Shown: in pieces, positions 47,866-57,849 of the stretch
Numbering within the stretch: position 1 is the stretch's first letter
How the letters are laid out: each line of letters starts with the position of its first letter
Origin: an uncultured Oscillospiraceae bacterium
Lineage (GTDB): Bacteria > Bacillota > Clostridia > Oscillospirales > Ruminococcaceae
DNA: 64,000 nucleotides
Assembly (NCBI GenBank): GCA_904384225.1
Contig: CAJFJV010000005.1
Coordinates: 6,466-70,465, forward strand
Direction: 5' to 3'
Program-made: the position numbers and the translations under genes
Notes under the pieces: generated by a model
Told to the model about the DNA's origin: nothing
Seen by the model: the letters and a program-made list of their open reading frames with translations, nothing else
The model's database searches: none

Positions 47866-49185
47866 ATGACACAAAACTATTTTCGGGATTTTTCTAAATA
47901 CACTCTATTTAATGTGATCGGGATGATTGGTTTATCCTGCTATATTTTAGCCGATACTTTTTTTGTATCACAAGGACTTGGAACAGACGGTTTAGCCGCC
48001 TTAAATCTATCCATCCCTATTTATAATTTCATACATGGAAGCGGCCTGATGTTAGGTATGGGAGGCGGCATCCAATATGCTATTCAAAAAACACAAAATG
48101 ATCATGTAGCTGCAAACCGTACTTTTGCCAATACAATTTATCTTCTTATCTTGTTGTCAGCGATTTTTGTCCTTACCGGAATTTTCTTTTCAGGAAATAT
48201 TGTTTCCTTGTTTGGTGCAAAACAAAATGTATTTTCTATGTCGAAAACATATCTACAGGTAATCCTTTTCTTCTCCCCTGCATTTTTAATGAATAATGTA
48301 CTGTTATGCTTTGTACGAAATGACGGTTCGCCACAGCTTTCCATGGCGGCAATGATTACCGGCAGCCTTTCAAACATTGTGTTGGATTGGATTTTTATTT
48401 TTCCATTTCAAATGGGGATTTTCGGTGCTGCCTTTGCCACTGGTTTAGCGCCTGTCATTAGCATGGCGGTTCTATCCATTCATTTTATCCGAAAGAAGAA
48501 TGCCTTCCATTTTAACTTATCCCGTCCCAATTTACGCCGGTTGCTTGACATCCTTTCAGGCGGGCTTCCTTCTCTTGTAGCCGAAGTGTCTTCCGGTATT
48601 GTTATAATTCTATTCAATTCAATCCTTTTAAATTTGTCGGGCAATATTGGTGTTGCTGCATACAGTATTATCGCAAATATATCTTTGGTTATCGTCGCGA
48701 TTTATACAGGGATCGCACAAGGGACACAGCCGATCGTCAGTCATCATTACGGCATAGGAAACAACACTGGTATTCGTGCTGTTTTTAAGTACGCATTGGC
48801 TTCTATGCTGCTTTTATCTATCATTATTTATAGCATATTGTTTATTTGTTCACCGCAAATTATAGCGCTTTTTAATAGTGAACAAAACCTATTGTTGCAG
48901 GATATCGCAACAGAAGCAATGCGTTTATATTTTATTGCGTGCCCGTTTGTTGGATTTAATGTAATATTATCTGGCTTTTTTACTGCTACAGAACACACAA
49001 AGCCTGCTCAGATCATATCTCTCTTGCGCGGCTTCTTTCTTATTATCCCCATTACCTTTATCCTATCCTATCTTTTCAATATGATTGGTACATGGTGTGC
49101 ATTTCCCGTTACAGAAGGAATTACAGCCGTTATCAGTTTGATTTTCTTATTTTTAATAAAGAGATCCAAAAATAAAATGTTCTAA
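47866..49185 (+). CDS. MATE-family efflux transporter
   Basis: YILADTFFV, LAAL, RNDG.P, NIVLD, MGIFGAAFAT, QPI.S..YG; about 12 TM. Confidence 0.9.
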   Translation: MTQNYFRDFSKYTLFNVIGMIGLSCYILADTFFVSQGLGTDGLAALNLSIPIYNFIHGSGLMLGMGGGIQYAIQKTQNDHVAANRTFANTIYLLILLSAIFVLTGIFFSGNIVSLFGAKQNVFSMSKTYLQVILFFSPAFLMNNVLLCFVRNDGSPQLSMAAMITGSLSNIVLDWIFIFPFQMGIFGAAFATGLAPVISMAVLSIHFIRKKNAFHFNLSRPNLRRLLDILSGGLPSLVAEVSSGIVIILFNSILLNLSGNIGVAAYSIIANISLVIVAIYTGIAQGTQPIVSHHYGIGNNTGIRAVFKYALASMLLLSIIIYSILFICSPQIIALFNSEQNLLLQDIATEAMRLYFIACPFVGFNVILSGFFTATEHTKPAQIISLLRGFFLIIPITFILSYLFNMIGTWCAFPVTEGITAVISLIFLFLIKRSKNKMF

Positions 49186-49209
49186 TTCAAATTGTATGAT
49201 GCTGTATAT

Positions 49210-49251
49210 AAAAAGCCTTCAGATATCAAATGAATATCTGAAGGCTTTTTT
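49210..49251. terminator. Bidirectional terminator between MATE and prfC
   Basis: AAAAA-GCCTTCAGATAT/ATATCTGAAGGC-TTTTTT. Confidence 0.88.
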
Positions 49252-49285
49252 ACTGTATGCTGTTAATACAAGGCGTACTTCTTTA

Positions 49286-50875
49286 TCAGTTACGGCTAAA
49301 TTCAGCAAGTGATAGCCCTGCGTTATGGTCAAGCGCCCACTGAATCCCCCATAAGTTCGAAAACAAAAGCAAATGATTGCCTTTTAGATCCTGTATTCTC
49401 TTCGTATCGGATGTCAAATTCAACGATTTTGGATCTAAATCCCGATTTTCAATCCAACGGATATACTGATACGGCAAATCTTGACGCCGGATATCAACAT
49501 TGTATTCATTTTTCAATCGATATTCCAGCACTTCAAACTGCAGCACACCAACAACGCCGACAATCACACGTTCCATACCGCCGGACTCCGGTTCTTGGAA
49601 TATTTGAATGGCTCCCTCCTGTGCGATTTGTGAGGTTCCTTTCACAAATTGTTTCCGTTTTAATGTATCAATCTGCTCTACTACGGCAAAGTGCTCCGGT
49701 GCAAAGGTTGGGATCCCTTCAAATTGCATTTTGCTGTCTGGAGAACAAACAGTATCGCCAATCGAAAAAATCCCTGGATCAAACACGCCGATAATGTCGC
49801 CTGCATACGCCTCATCGACAATTTCGCGTTCTTGCGCCATCATCTGCTGCGGCTGTGAAAGCTTCATTTTTTTGCCTTCCTGCACATGCAGGACTTCCAT
49901 CCCCTTTTCGAATTTTCCGGAACAAATACGCATAAATGCAATTCGATCCCGATGGGCCTTATTCATATTCGCCTGAATTTTAAATACAAACGCCGAAAAA
50001 TGATTTTTAACCGGATCGATTAGGCCAATATCCGCCGTCCTTGGAAGCGGCGGTGTTGTCATCCGAAGAAAATCTTCCAAGAAAGGTTCGACGCCAAAAT
50101 TGGTGAGCGCCGAACCAAAAAAGACCGGCGTGAGCTTTCCGGCATCTACCATGCTTTGTTCAAACACCGCACCTGCTCCATCCAAAAGTTCCACATCATC
50201 TTTTAGCGTATTGCTCAGCTCCTGCCCTAACACCTGCTCGAGATCAGGTGATGAAAGCGTAAGTTCACGTGCTTCCACTTCCCTCTGTCCATTATTGGCG
50301 GTAAATGCCAAAATCTCGTGTTTATTGCGGTCAAACACACCTTTAAAATCCCGTCCAGATCCAATTGGCCAATTCACTGGATATGTGTCAATACCAAGTT
50401 CCTCTTCAATTTCTTCCAACAAATCAAATGGATTGCGGGCTTCCCTATCCATTTTATTAATAAAAGTAAAAATAGGGATATGGCGCATCGTACACACTTT
50501 AAAAAGCTTTCTTGTTTGATTTTCGACGCCTTTTGAAGCATCAATCACCATAACTGCCGAGTCCGCTGCCATCAGCGTGCGATACGTATCTTCAGAAAAG
50601 TCCTGATGGCCCGGTGTATCCAAAATATTGATGCAATATCCTTCGTAATGAAATTGTAGAACCGAAGACGTGACAGAAATCCCTCTTTGCTTTTCTATCT
50701 CCATCCAATCTGAAACTGCATGCTTCGCTGTTTTTTTCCCTTTGACTGAACCAGCTAATTGGATTGCTCCGCCATACAGCAGAAATTTCTCCGTAAGCGT
50801 TGTCTTTCCGGCATCTGGGTGTGATATAATGGCAAATGTACGTCTTTTCTTAATTTCCTGCTCAATTGTAGCCAC
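49286..50875 (-). CDS. prfC: Peptide chain release factor 3
   Basis: RRTFAIISHPDAGKTT, DTPGHQDFSEDTYR, NKMD, FKIQANM..HRDRIAF. Confidence 0.97.
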   Translation of the reverse strand: MATIEQEIKKRRTFAIISHPDAGKTTLTEKFLLYGGAIQLAGSVKGKKTAKHAVSDWMEIEKQRGISVTSSVLQFHYEGYCINILDTPGHQDFSEDTYRTLMAADSAVMVIDASKGVENQTRKLFKVCTMRHIPIFTFINKMDREARNPFDLLEEIEEELGIDTYPVNWPIGSGRDFKGVFDRNKHEILAFTANNGQREVEARELTLSSPDLEQVLGQELSNTLKDDVELLDGAGAVFEQSMVDAGKLTPVFFGSALTNFGVEPFLEDFLRMTTPPLPRTADIGLIDPVKNHFSAFVFKIQANMNKAHRDRIAFMRICSGKFEKGMEVLHVQEGKKMKLSQPQQMMAQEREIVDEAYAGDIIGVFDPGIFSIGDTVCSPDSKMQFEGIPTFAPEHFAVVEQIDTLKRKQFVKGTSQIAQEGAIQIFQEPESGGMERVIVGVVGVLQFEVLEYRLKNEYNVDIRRQDLPYQYIRWIENRDLDPKSLNLTSDTKRIQDLKGNHLLLFSNLWGIQWALDHNAGLSLAEFSRN

Positions 50876-51012
50876 ACTGTATCTCCTTTGTTCTATAAGT
50901 CTCGTATTTTATTATCGTATCATAAACCGGAGAGACATTCAATATCAATCATCTGTTTTCCGCGATATTCCCTTATTCTTGTACTCACCATATCCTGTTT
51001 AGAGTCTAACAC

Positions 51013-51041
51013 TTGACGAATACATCGGGCCATGTTACACT
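51013..51041 (+). promoter_or_regulatory. sigma-A promoter of the GH29 gene
   Basis: TTGACG-17-TACACT with TG extension. Confidence 0.65.
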
Positions 51042-51086
51042 TGATAAAATTTATATTGTGTTGTGATACAGAAGGAGAGATTTCCC

Positions 51087-52070
51087 GTGTATGAAGCTTT
51101 GATAGAGCAGCAAAAACGTTTTATAAATCTTAGATTTGGAACATTCATCCATTTCAACAGCGCAACCTTTCAATTTAATCAAGGTCCTATCGAAGATTGG
51201 GAATTTACGTGTGAAAACGGAGGTGAAACAAGGAAATATCCTTTTTCGCCCAAAGATTGGAACCCTGTTTTCTTGGACTGCAAAGGATGGGCCAAAGCTG
51301 CTAAAGCTGCTGGATGCCGTTTTGCCGCCCTCACGGCAAAGCATCATGAAGGATTTGCCCTTTGGCCGTCGGCCTATACAGATCATAGCGTAAAAAATGG
51401 AACAGTGACAACAGACGTTGTTGCAGAATACTTAGAAGCTTTCCGTTCAGAGGGAATTGAAGCTGGATTGTATTTTTCGATTCTCGACCTCACGCACGGT
51501 ATTGGAAAACGGTCCTGCACTGAGGAACAAAAGATATTTATCAAAAATCAAATTCGGGAACTTTTAACGCAATACGGATCAATCCCATTCCTTATCACCG
51601 ATGGTTGGAATGCTGCCGGATGGGGCGGTCCGACTTATGACATGCTTCCTTTTGAAGAATTGGATTGCTTTGTTAAATCCATACAACCTAACTGTATGCT
51701 GATGAATATCGGCTGTTCTGACGGAGTAAACGGGACTGATATCGTATTTTATGAAAATTCTGCTGGTCAGGAAGCAGAAGAAAACTTCTGTGGTCCTGGT
51801 GTTTCCTGTAATAAATTGACCAAAACATGGTTTTGGCGAAAAACCGATCCCGATTCTGTGCTAACTCCGGTTCGTTGGGTTATAGAAAAGGCTGAGACAT
51901 ATTTCCCGATGAATATCAATCTGATGCTGAACCTTTCCCCGAATACTGACGGACGTATTGACCAAAACCTTATCGAGCGGTTTGAAGAGATAGGAAAACA
52001 GCTTCATATGCCTGCTCCAATCGAGAATATTCCTGCAGGTTGGAAAATGCGCGCCTTTCCTGCTAAATAG
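51087..52070 (+). CDS. GH29 alpha-L-fucosidase-family protein (no signal peptide)
   Basis: RFGTFIHF, W..AAK.AG, LTAKHHEGFALWPS, GLYFS, LNLSPNTDG; GTG start after AAGGAG. Confidence 0.85.
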   Translation: MYEALIEQQKRFINLRFGTFIHFNSATFQFNQGPIEDWEFTCENGGETRKYPFSPKDWNPVFLDCKGWAKAAKAAGCRFAALTAKHHEGFALWPSAYTDHSVKNGTVTTDVVAEYLEAFRSEGIEAGLYFSILDLTHGIGKRSCTEEQKIFIKNQIRELLTQYGSIPFLITDGWNAAGWGGPTYDMLPFEELDCFVKSIQPNCMLMNIGCSDGVNGTDIVFYENSAGQEAEENFCGPGVSCNKLTKTWFWRKTDPDSVLTPVRWVIEKAETYFPMNINLMLNLSPNTDGRIDQNLIERFEEIGKQLHMPAPIENIPAGWKMRAFPAK

Positions 52071-52100
52071 GAAAATCTTATTTCATCATCCCATAGATTT

Positions 52101-52146
52101 AAAAAGTGAAACATCTGCATCAAAAGTGCTGATGTTTCACTTTTTT
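52101..52146 (+). terminator. Terminator after GH29
   Basis: AAAAAGTGAAACATC/GATGTTTCACTTTTTT. Confidence 0.8.
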
Positions 52147-52209
52147 ATATCCATCCGCGGCTTCCATTTGTGACGCATGGCTTCCCATGGGGTTTTTCCG
52201 TATCATAAA

Positions 52210-52242
52210 TACTGCCTGTACCCATATAGAGCACAGGCAGTA
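52210..52242 (-). terminator. Probable terminator of the paaK-ior operon
   Basis: TACTGCCTGT/ACAGGCAGTA stem, then TTTA on the minus strand. Confidence 0.55.
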
Positions 52243-52261
52243 GGATGAAGCCTTTTTGATT

Positions 52262-52684
52262 TTAAAATTCGTCGCTGCACATTACTTTGAATCCATTTTC
52301 TGTAAAAATGCGGACAGCGGCTTCATTATCGGCGACTCGCAAAATTACATATGCCGTATCTTCAGCACGGCTGATGAAAGCATACATATACTCTACGCTT
52401 ATTTCATTATCACGCAAAACTTCCATCGCAGCGGCCAAACCACCCGGACGGTCATCAATTCCGATTGCCACCACCTGTGTAAGTGCCACGGTAAAGCCTT
52501 CAGCCCTAAGCACATCTGCCGCTTTTTGCGCATGGTTTACAATAAGGCGCAAAATACCAAACTCTTTGGTATCTGCAATAGAAAGCGCACGGATATCCAC
52601 TTCGTTGTTTTTTAAAATATTGGTAATCTCTGCAAGCCTGCCGCGCCTGTTCTCAATAAATACAGAAAGCTGATTAATCGTCAT
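52262..52684 (-). CDS. Tandem ACT-domain protein
   Basis: QLSVFIENRRGRLA, IRALSIADT..FGILRL, DRPGGL, VEYMYAF. Confidence 0.9.
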   Translation of the reverse strand: MTINQLSVFIENRRGRLAEITNILKNNEVDIRALSIADTKEFGILRLIVNHAQKAADVLRAEGFTVALTQVVAIGIDDRPGGLAAAMEVLRDNEISVEYMYAFISRAEDTAYVILRVADNEAAVRIFTENGFKVMCSDEF

Positions 52685-52711
52685 ATTTTCCGCCTCCCTT
52701 ACTCTTTCAGT

Positions 52712-54022
52712 TTAATCGAATACCTTGCGGTTGTCAATCACCCGTTTGGCTTTTCCTTCCGACCGTGCAATCGTCTTCGGCTCAACAATCACAACTTTCG
52801 CGGAAAGCCCCAAAATAGAAAGCAATCCATTGTGAATTTCCCGTTCTTTTTCTTCTACCATACGCACAGCATCAAAATCCATATCCGGCGCCATTTCCAC
52901 TTGAACTTCAAGTGTATCCAGATTATTAACACGATCTACAATGATCTGATAATTGGCTGTTACACCTTTTGTGTTGAGTAAAACTTCCTCTATCTGAGAC
53001 GGGAATACATTTACACCGCGGATAATAAGCATATCGTCGCTCCTGCCGCGGGGTTTCGACATACGGATCAGCGTACGGCCGCATCTGCACGGTTCTCTTG
53101 TCAGAGAAGCGATATCCCGCGTACGGTAGCGGATCAGAGGAAGGGCTTCTTTTGTGATGCAAGTAAAAACCAATTCTCCATATTCCCCGTCCGGCAGTAC
53201 CTTCCCTGTATCTGGGTCGATTATCTCAGGAATAAAGTGGTCTTCGTTTACATGTAAGCCGTCCTGATACTCACATTCAAATGAAACACCCGGTCCCATT
53301 ACTTCCGAAAGTCCATAGATATCATGTGCACGGATTCCTAACTTTGCTTCAATTTCCCGGCGCATCTCCTCCGTCCACGGTTCTGCACCGAAAATCCCGG
53401 CTTTTAAATGAATAGCAGAAAGCGGAATCCCCATTTCCTCACGGGATTCACCCAAGTAAAGTGCATACGAAGGTGTACAGCACAGAATCGTCGAACCAAA
53501 ATCCTGCATAATGGTCAACTGCCGTTTTGTATTTCCGGATGAGGCCGGAATAACGGTCGCTTTCATTTTCTCCCCGCCTGCATGCAGTCCAAGCCCGCCG
53601 GTAAACAGTCCGTATCCATAAGAAACATGAAGGATATCTTTCCGCGTTCCTCCCGCCGCCGCAATGGCGCGCGCCGCACATTCTCCCCAAATATCCAAAT
53701 CAGCATCTGTATATCCAACAACCGTTTGTTTTCCTGTTGTCCCGCTTGAGGCGTGTATACGCGTCACTTCTTCCAATGGGACGGCAAAAAGGCCATAAGG
53801 ATAATTGTCCCGCAGATCTGTTTTTTTTGTAAACGGCAGTTTCTCAAGATCGTCCACACTCTTGATATCGTCTGGCGAAACCCCGCATTCATCCATACTT
53901 TTTTTATAGAAGGGGACATGTTCATATACGCGTTTTACCATACTGCACAGCCGTTGTGATTGCAGCGACCGCATTTCCTCAATACCGGCCGTTTCTATTT
54001 TCTCATTCCAGAGATACCCCAT
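52712..54022 (-). CDS. paaK: Phenylacetate-CoA ligase (copy 2)
   Basis: [42 protein letters not shown]. Confidence 0.9.
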   Translation of the reverse strand: MGYLWNEKIETAGIEEMRSLQSQRLCSMVKRVYEHVPFYKKSMDECGVSPDDIKSVDDLEKLPFTKKTDLRDNYPYGLFAVPLEEVTRIHASSGTTGKQTVVGYTDADLDIWGECAARAIAAAGGTRKDILHVSYGYGLFTGGLGLHAGGEKMKATVIPASSGNTKRQLTIMQDFGSTILCCTPSYALYLGESREEMGIPLSAIHLKAGIFGAEPWTEEMRREIEAKLGIRAHDIYGLSEVMGPGVSFECEYQDGLHVNEDHFIPEIIDPDTGKVLPDGEYGELVFTCITKEALPLIRYRTRDIASLTREPCRCGRTLIRMSKPRGRSDDMLIIRGVNVFPSQIEEVLLNTKGVTANYQIIVDRVNNLDTLEVQVEMAPDMDFDAVRMVEEKEREIHNGLLSILGLSAKVVIVEPKTIARSEGKAKRVIDNRKVFD

Positions 54023-54027
54023 ATGTA

Positions 54028-54612
54028 TCAGTCCTCCCGATATGCTCTGCCCAATGCAAATGCTTTTTGATTGATTTCCAAAAATTTAGGCGGAACACAC
54101 GCCTCAATTGCCGCCTTCCATACATTCTCTGAAAAAGGCATGTGGTTTGAGAGTACTCCCAAGAGAGCCACATTGATCGCTTTAACGGAGCCTGCCTCTT
54201 GTGCCAGCGCCAACGCATCAAGTGCAAGAATATTTATACCGGCTGCCTTCATTTTCTCAATCAGATCCTGTGGATAAGCCGCAGCCCCTGTAATGACCGG
54301 CATAGGATCGATTTGTTGCGTATTGGTGAGCAGTGTCCCTTCCGGCTTTAAATATTCAAGATAACGTGCAGCTTCCAGTTGCTCAAAAGAAAGGATCACA
54401 TCTGCCTGTCCTTTATCTACAATCGGTGAATCCACGCGTCCACCGTAACGCACATACGTTACTACACTGCCGCCGCGCTGACTCATGCCGTGTACCTCCG
54501 ACACCTTAACATCATATCCCTGCGATACGATAGCGTGTCCTAAAATACGGCTGGCAAGCAGTGTTCCTTGTCCGCCTACCCCGACAATCATGATGCTTTT
54601 CGTTTCGTTCAT
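54028..54612 (-). CDS. iorB: Indolepyruvate:ferredoxin oxidoreductase beta subunit
   Basis: [24 protein letters not shown]. Confidence 0.93.
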   Translation of the reverse strand: MNETKSIMIVGVGGQGTLLASRILGHAIVSQGYDVKVSEVHGMSQRGGSVVTYVRYGGRVDSPIVDKGQADVILSFEQLEAARYLEYLKPEGTLLTNTQQIDPMPVITGAAAYPQDLIEKMKAAGINILALDALALAQEAGSVKAINVALLGVLSNHMPFSENVWKAAIEACVPPKFLEINQKAFALGRAYRED

Positions 54613-56351
54613 TCTGACGCACCTCCCTCTTTGATCGCGTCAAAGGCGCACAAGCTTTTACAGAGCCCACAGCCAACGCATTGCGTCTGATCGATAACCG
54701 CTTTTCCCGCTTTAATGCTGACCGCCGGGCAGCCGATCTTCATGCATGCCTTACAGCCGCGGCACTTCTCCGCATCTACCAAAAACGGCGGTGCATGCTT
54801 GACATATTTCAAAAGTGCACATGGCCTTCTTGAAATAATAACCGAGGCTTCCTCTGCGGCAAGCTCTTCTTTGACAGCTGCATCACAGGCCTTCAGATCA
54901 TAGGGATCCACTACGCGCACCCTTTCAATCCCAACAGCAGCGCACACTTTTTCTAAACTGATCTTAGTTGCCGGATCCCCTTTTATGTTATAACCAGTAG
55001 TTGGATTCTGCTGATGCCCAGTCATGCCGGTAATGGAATTATCCAGTATAATAACCGTTGAGTTGCTTCCGTTATAGGCCACATTGGCCAGCCCCGTCAT
55101 ACCCGAATGCATAAACGTGCTGTCCCCGATTACTGCAACAGACCGGTGCTCACTTTTTTCACCACACGCTTTGTTAAAGCCATGCAGGCCGGAGATGGAA
55201 GCTCCCATACAAACCGTGGTATCCACTGCGGAAAGGGGTGCCTGCGCACCAAGTGTATAACAGCCGATATCTCCGGATACCATAACCTTATTTTTCGATA
55301 AAGTATAAAAAAGCCCTCGGTGCGGACATCCCGCACACATAACAGGAGGACGCACCGGAATTTCTTCCGACAGGCTTTTTCCTACTACAGGATCTTTGCC
55401 AAAAACAGAAGCTATCATATTTTGAGAGATCTCCCCGCACAGAGGAAATTTATCTTTACCGTGTACTGCAATCCCAAGCTTTTTTACATGTGACTCTATG
55501 ACATCGTCTAATTCTTCTATCACATAAAGTGTATCAACTTTTTTAGCAAATGAACGAATTTTTTCCTCTGGCAGGGGATGAACCATACCAAGCTTTAAAT
55601 AAGAAGCATTCTCTCCCATTGCTTCTCTGGCGTATTGGAATGCAGCGCCGCTTGTAATAATCCCTATTCTGGTATCTCCTATAATTTCCATATTGATATC
55701 CGACTTCTCCGCATATGCAGTAAGTTCCTGGATACGCTGTTCCACTACCGGATGGCGCTTTTTGGCCATACCGGGCATCATAACATATTTCTGAGGATTT
55801 TTAACATATGGTTTTTCCTCTGGCAGAATCCGTTCTTTTCGATCTACTAAACTCTGAGAATGCGCTATCCGCGTTGAAAGGCGCAAAAGTACCGGTGTAT
55901 CAAACTGTTCCGACAATGTATAAGCAAGCTTTACAAAGTCCCTGCATTCAGCAGAATCTGCCGGTTCAAGCATCGGCAGTTTTGCCGCTTTCGCATAATG
56001 ACGTGAATCTTGTTCGTTCTGCGACGAATGCATACCCGGATCGTCTGCAACAGCTATCACCATTCCAGCATTAACTCCAGTATAAGAAGCGGTAAACAGC
56101 GGATCTGCTGCTACATTTAGCCCGACGTGCTTCATAGCGCAAAAGGAGCGCTTTCCGCCAAAGGAAGCGCCAAGCGCAACTTCCATGGCAACTTTTTCAT
56201 TAGGCGCCCATTCACAATAAATTTCATCATATTTTGCCGCAGACTCTGTAATTTCCGTGCTGGGCGTTCCCGGATAGCTTGATGCAACCGCACATCCTGC
56301 CTCGAAAAGCCCGCGTGCCACTGCATCATTTCCGAGCATCAGCTCTTTCAT
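54609..56351 (-). CDS. iorA: Indolepyruvate:ferredoxin oxidoreductase alpha subunit
   Basis: YPGTPSTE, NEKVA, MKHVGLNVA.D, CAGCPHR, GDSTF.HSG, two C-terminal [4Fe-4S] motifs. Confidence 0.94.
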   Translation of the reverse strand: MKELMLGNDAVARGLFEAGCAVASSYPGTPSTEITESAAKYDEIYCEWAPNEKVAMEVALGASFGGKRSFCAMKHVGLNVAADPLFTASYTGVNAGMVIAVADDPGMHSSQNEQDSRHYAKAAKLPMLEPADSAECRDFVKLAYTLSEQFDTPVLLRLSTRIAHSQSLVDRKERILPEEKPYVKNPQKYVMMPGMAKKRHPVVEQRIQELTAYAEKSDINMEIIGDTRIGIITSGAAFQYAREAMGENASYLKLGMVHPLPEEKIRSFAKKVDTLYVIEELDDVIESHVKKLGIAVHGKDKFPLCGEISQNMIASVFGKDPVVGKSLSEEIPVRPPVMCAGCPHRGLFYTLSKNKVMVSGDIGCYTLGAQAPLSAVDTTVCMGASISGLHGFNKACGEKSEHRSVAVIGDSTFMHSGMTGLANVAYNGSNSTVIILDNSITGMTGHQQNPTTGYNIKGDPATKISLEKVCAAVGIERVRVVDPYDLKACDAAVKEELAAEEASVIISRRPCALLKYVKHAPPFLVDAEKCRGCKACMKIGCPAVSIKAGKAVIDQTQCVGCGLCKSLCAFDAIKEGGASE

Positions 56352-56386
56352 CTGTCTAATCTCCTCTCTTAATCCATACAATTTAT

Positions 56387-57694
56387 TTATGCATTTCCTT
56401 GTCCGCGCAGGTCAATTACCCTTTTCGCTTTGCCTTGAAAGCGCTCCAGCGATTTGGGCTCAATCAATGAAACCTTACAGTCTATGCCTAAAACGGTATG
56501 CAGTTTTGATTTGATTGTTTTCTGCATCTGTTCAAGCGCGCCGTAATGATCCAGAAGAGAGCTGTCAATCAATTCAACCCGGACCTCCAAAGTATCCATA
56601 TATCCCTCTCTCCGGACAATTAGCTGATAATGCGGTCCTATATTTTCAAGGCTGATAAGAACGCTTTCAATCTGGGAAGGGAAGACATTCACACCGCGGA
56701 TCTTGAGCATATCGTCGGTGCGCCCTGTCGTTTTTTCCATTCGTGCAAAAGTACGTCCACAAGCACAAGGTTCATAATGGAGCCGTGTAATATCCTTGGT
56801 ACGATAACGCAGCATTGGGATTCCTTCCTTTGTAAGCGTCGTAACCACGAGTTCGCCGCTTTCCCCTTCACGCAGCACATCGCCTGTCTGTGCATCAATC
56901 ACCTCAGCTAAAAAATGGTCTTCATTGATATGCAGACCGCAGCGATGCTCGCATTCGCCTGAAACGCCCGGACCCATTAATTCACTCATCCCATAATTAT
57001 CCGTGGCAAAAAGCCCGAATCCCTTTTCAACCTGCATACGCATTTCGGGCGTACATCCTTCAGAACCGAATAGACCAAGCCGAAGCTTTAATTCATCATT
57101 GGAAACGCCCATCTCTTTGGCGACTTCGCTCATATAAAGTGCATAAGAAGGTGTACTGACAAGTGCCGTCACACCAAAATCTTTCAATAACATTACTTGC
57201 TTTTGCGTATTGCCAGACGACGCCGGCACCACTGTCGCACCGATTTTTTCCAAACCGTAATGCAGTCCCAGCGCACCTGTAAACAAACCATATCCAAAAG
57301 AAATTTGAACGATATCCTCGTCTGTTGTCCCAACAGCTGTACACAGCCGTGCAACGCAATCTGACCAGACATCCAAATCATGCCGAGTGTAACCGACCAC
57401 AGTCGGCTTCCCTGTTGTTCCGCTTGATGCATGGATACGGACAATTTCCTTCAAAGGTTTACCAAACAAACCAAAAGGGTATGTATCCCGAATATCCGCT
57501 TTTGTGGTAAACGGTATATATTGGATATCAGAAAGGCATTTAATCTTATCCGGCGTCACCCCGGCATCCGAAAGCCTTTTATGATAAAACGGAATATTCT
57601 CATAGCAATACGCAACCGTCCATTTCAGCCGCTCCAACTGGAGTTCTCGAATTTTTGACCGCGGCATTGTCTCAATCTCTTTTTGAAAAAACAT
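56387..57694 (-). CDS. paaK: Phenylacetate-CoA ligase (copy 1)
   Basis: [35 protein letters not shown]; start MFFQKE after AAGAGAGG. Confidence 0.9.
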   Translation of the reverse strand: MFFQKEIETMPRSKIRELQLERLKWTVAYCYENIPFYHKRLSDAGVTPDKIKCLSDIQYIPFTTKADIRDTYPFGLFGKPLKEIVRIHASSGTTGKPTVVGYTRHDLDVWSDCVARLCTAVGTTDEDIVQISFGYGLFTGALGLHYGLEKIGATVVPASSGNTQKQVMLLKDFGVTALVSTPSYALYMSEVAKEMGVSNDELKLRLGLFGSEGCTPEMRMQVEKGFGLFATDNYGMSELMGPGVSGECEHRCGLHINEDHFLAEVIDAQTGDVLREGESGELVVTTLTKEGIPMLRYRTKDITRLHYEPCACGRTFARMEKTTGRTDDMLKIRGVNVFPSQIESVLISLENIGPHYQLIVRREGYMDTLEVRVELIDSSLLDHYGALEQMQKTIKSKLHTVLGIDCKVSLIEPKSLERFQGKAKRVIDLRGQGNA

Positions 57695-57719
57695 ACTGCA
57701 CCCTCTCTTGGCTTTTATT

Positions 57720-57769
57720 GATTTAAATCGATTTAACATTATTATACCGCTTTTTCCTCTCTCATGCAA
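57720..57769 (-). promoter_or_regulatory. Promoter of the paaK-iorAB operon with a palindromic operator candidate
   Basis: TTGCAT-17-TATAAT (57769-57741); TTAAATCGATTTAA palindrome at 57723-57736. Confidence 0.65.
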
Positions 57770-57780
57770 GCAAGTTATAC

Positions 57781-57819
57781 AAAAATCCCATTCTAAAAAA
57801 CAATTTTTTCAGAATGGGA
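57781..57819 (-). terminator. Terminator after the ycaQ-like gene
   Basis: TCCCATTCT/AGAATGGGA stem, then TTTTT on the minus strand. Confidence 0.75.
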
Positions 57820-57849
57820 CGAAAGGAAGTATTCGCAAATCTTTATTTC

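Noticed and set aside
47087-49231. TATCAAAT at both ends of the NimA-like/MATE cassette as a possible target-site duplication
   Set aside because: AT-rich 8-mer; the right copy lies inside the terminator; no transposase, integrase or terminal inverted repeats
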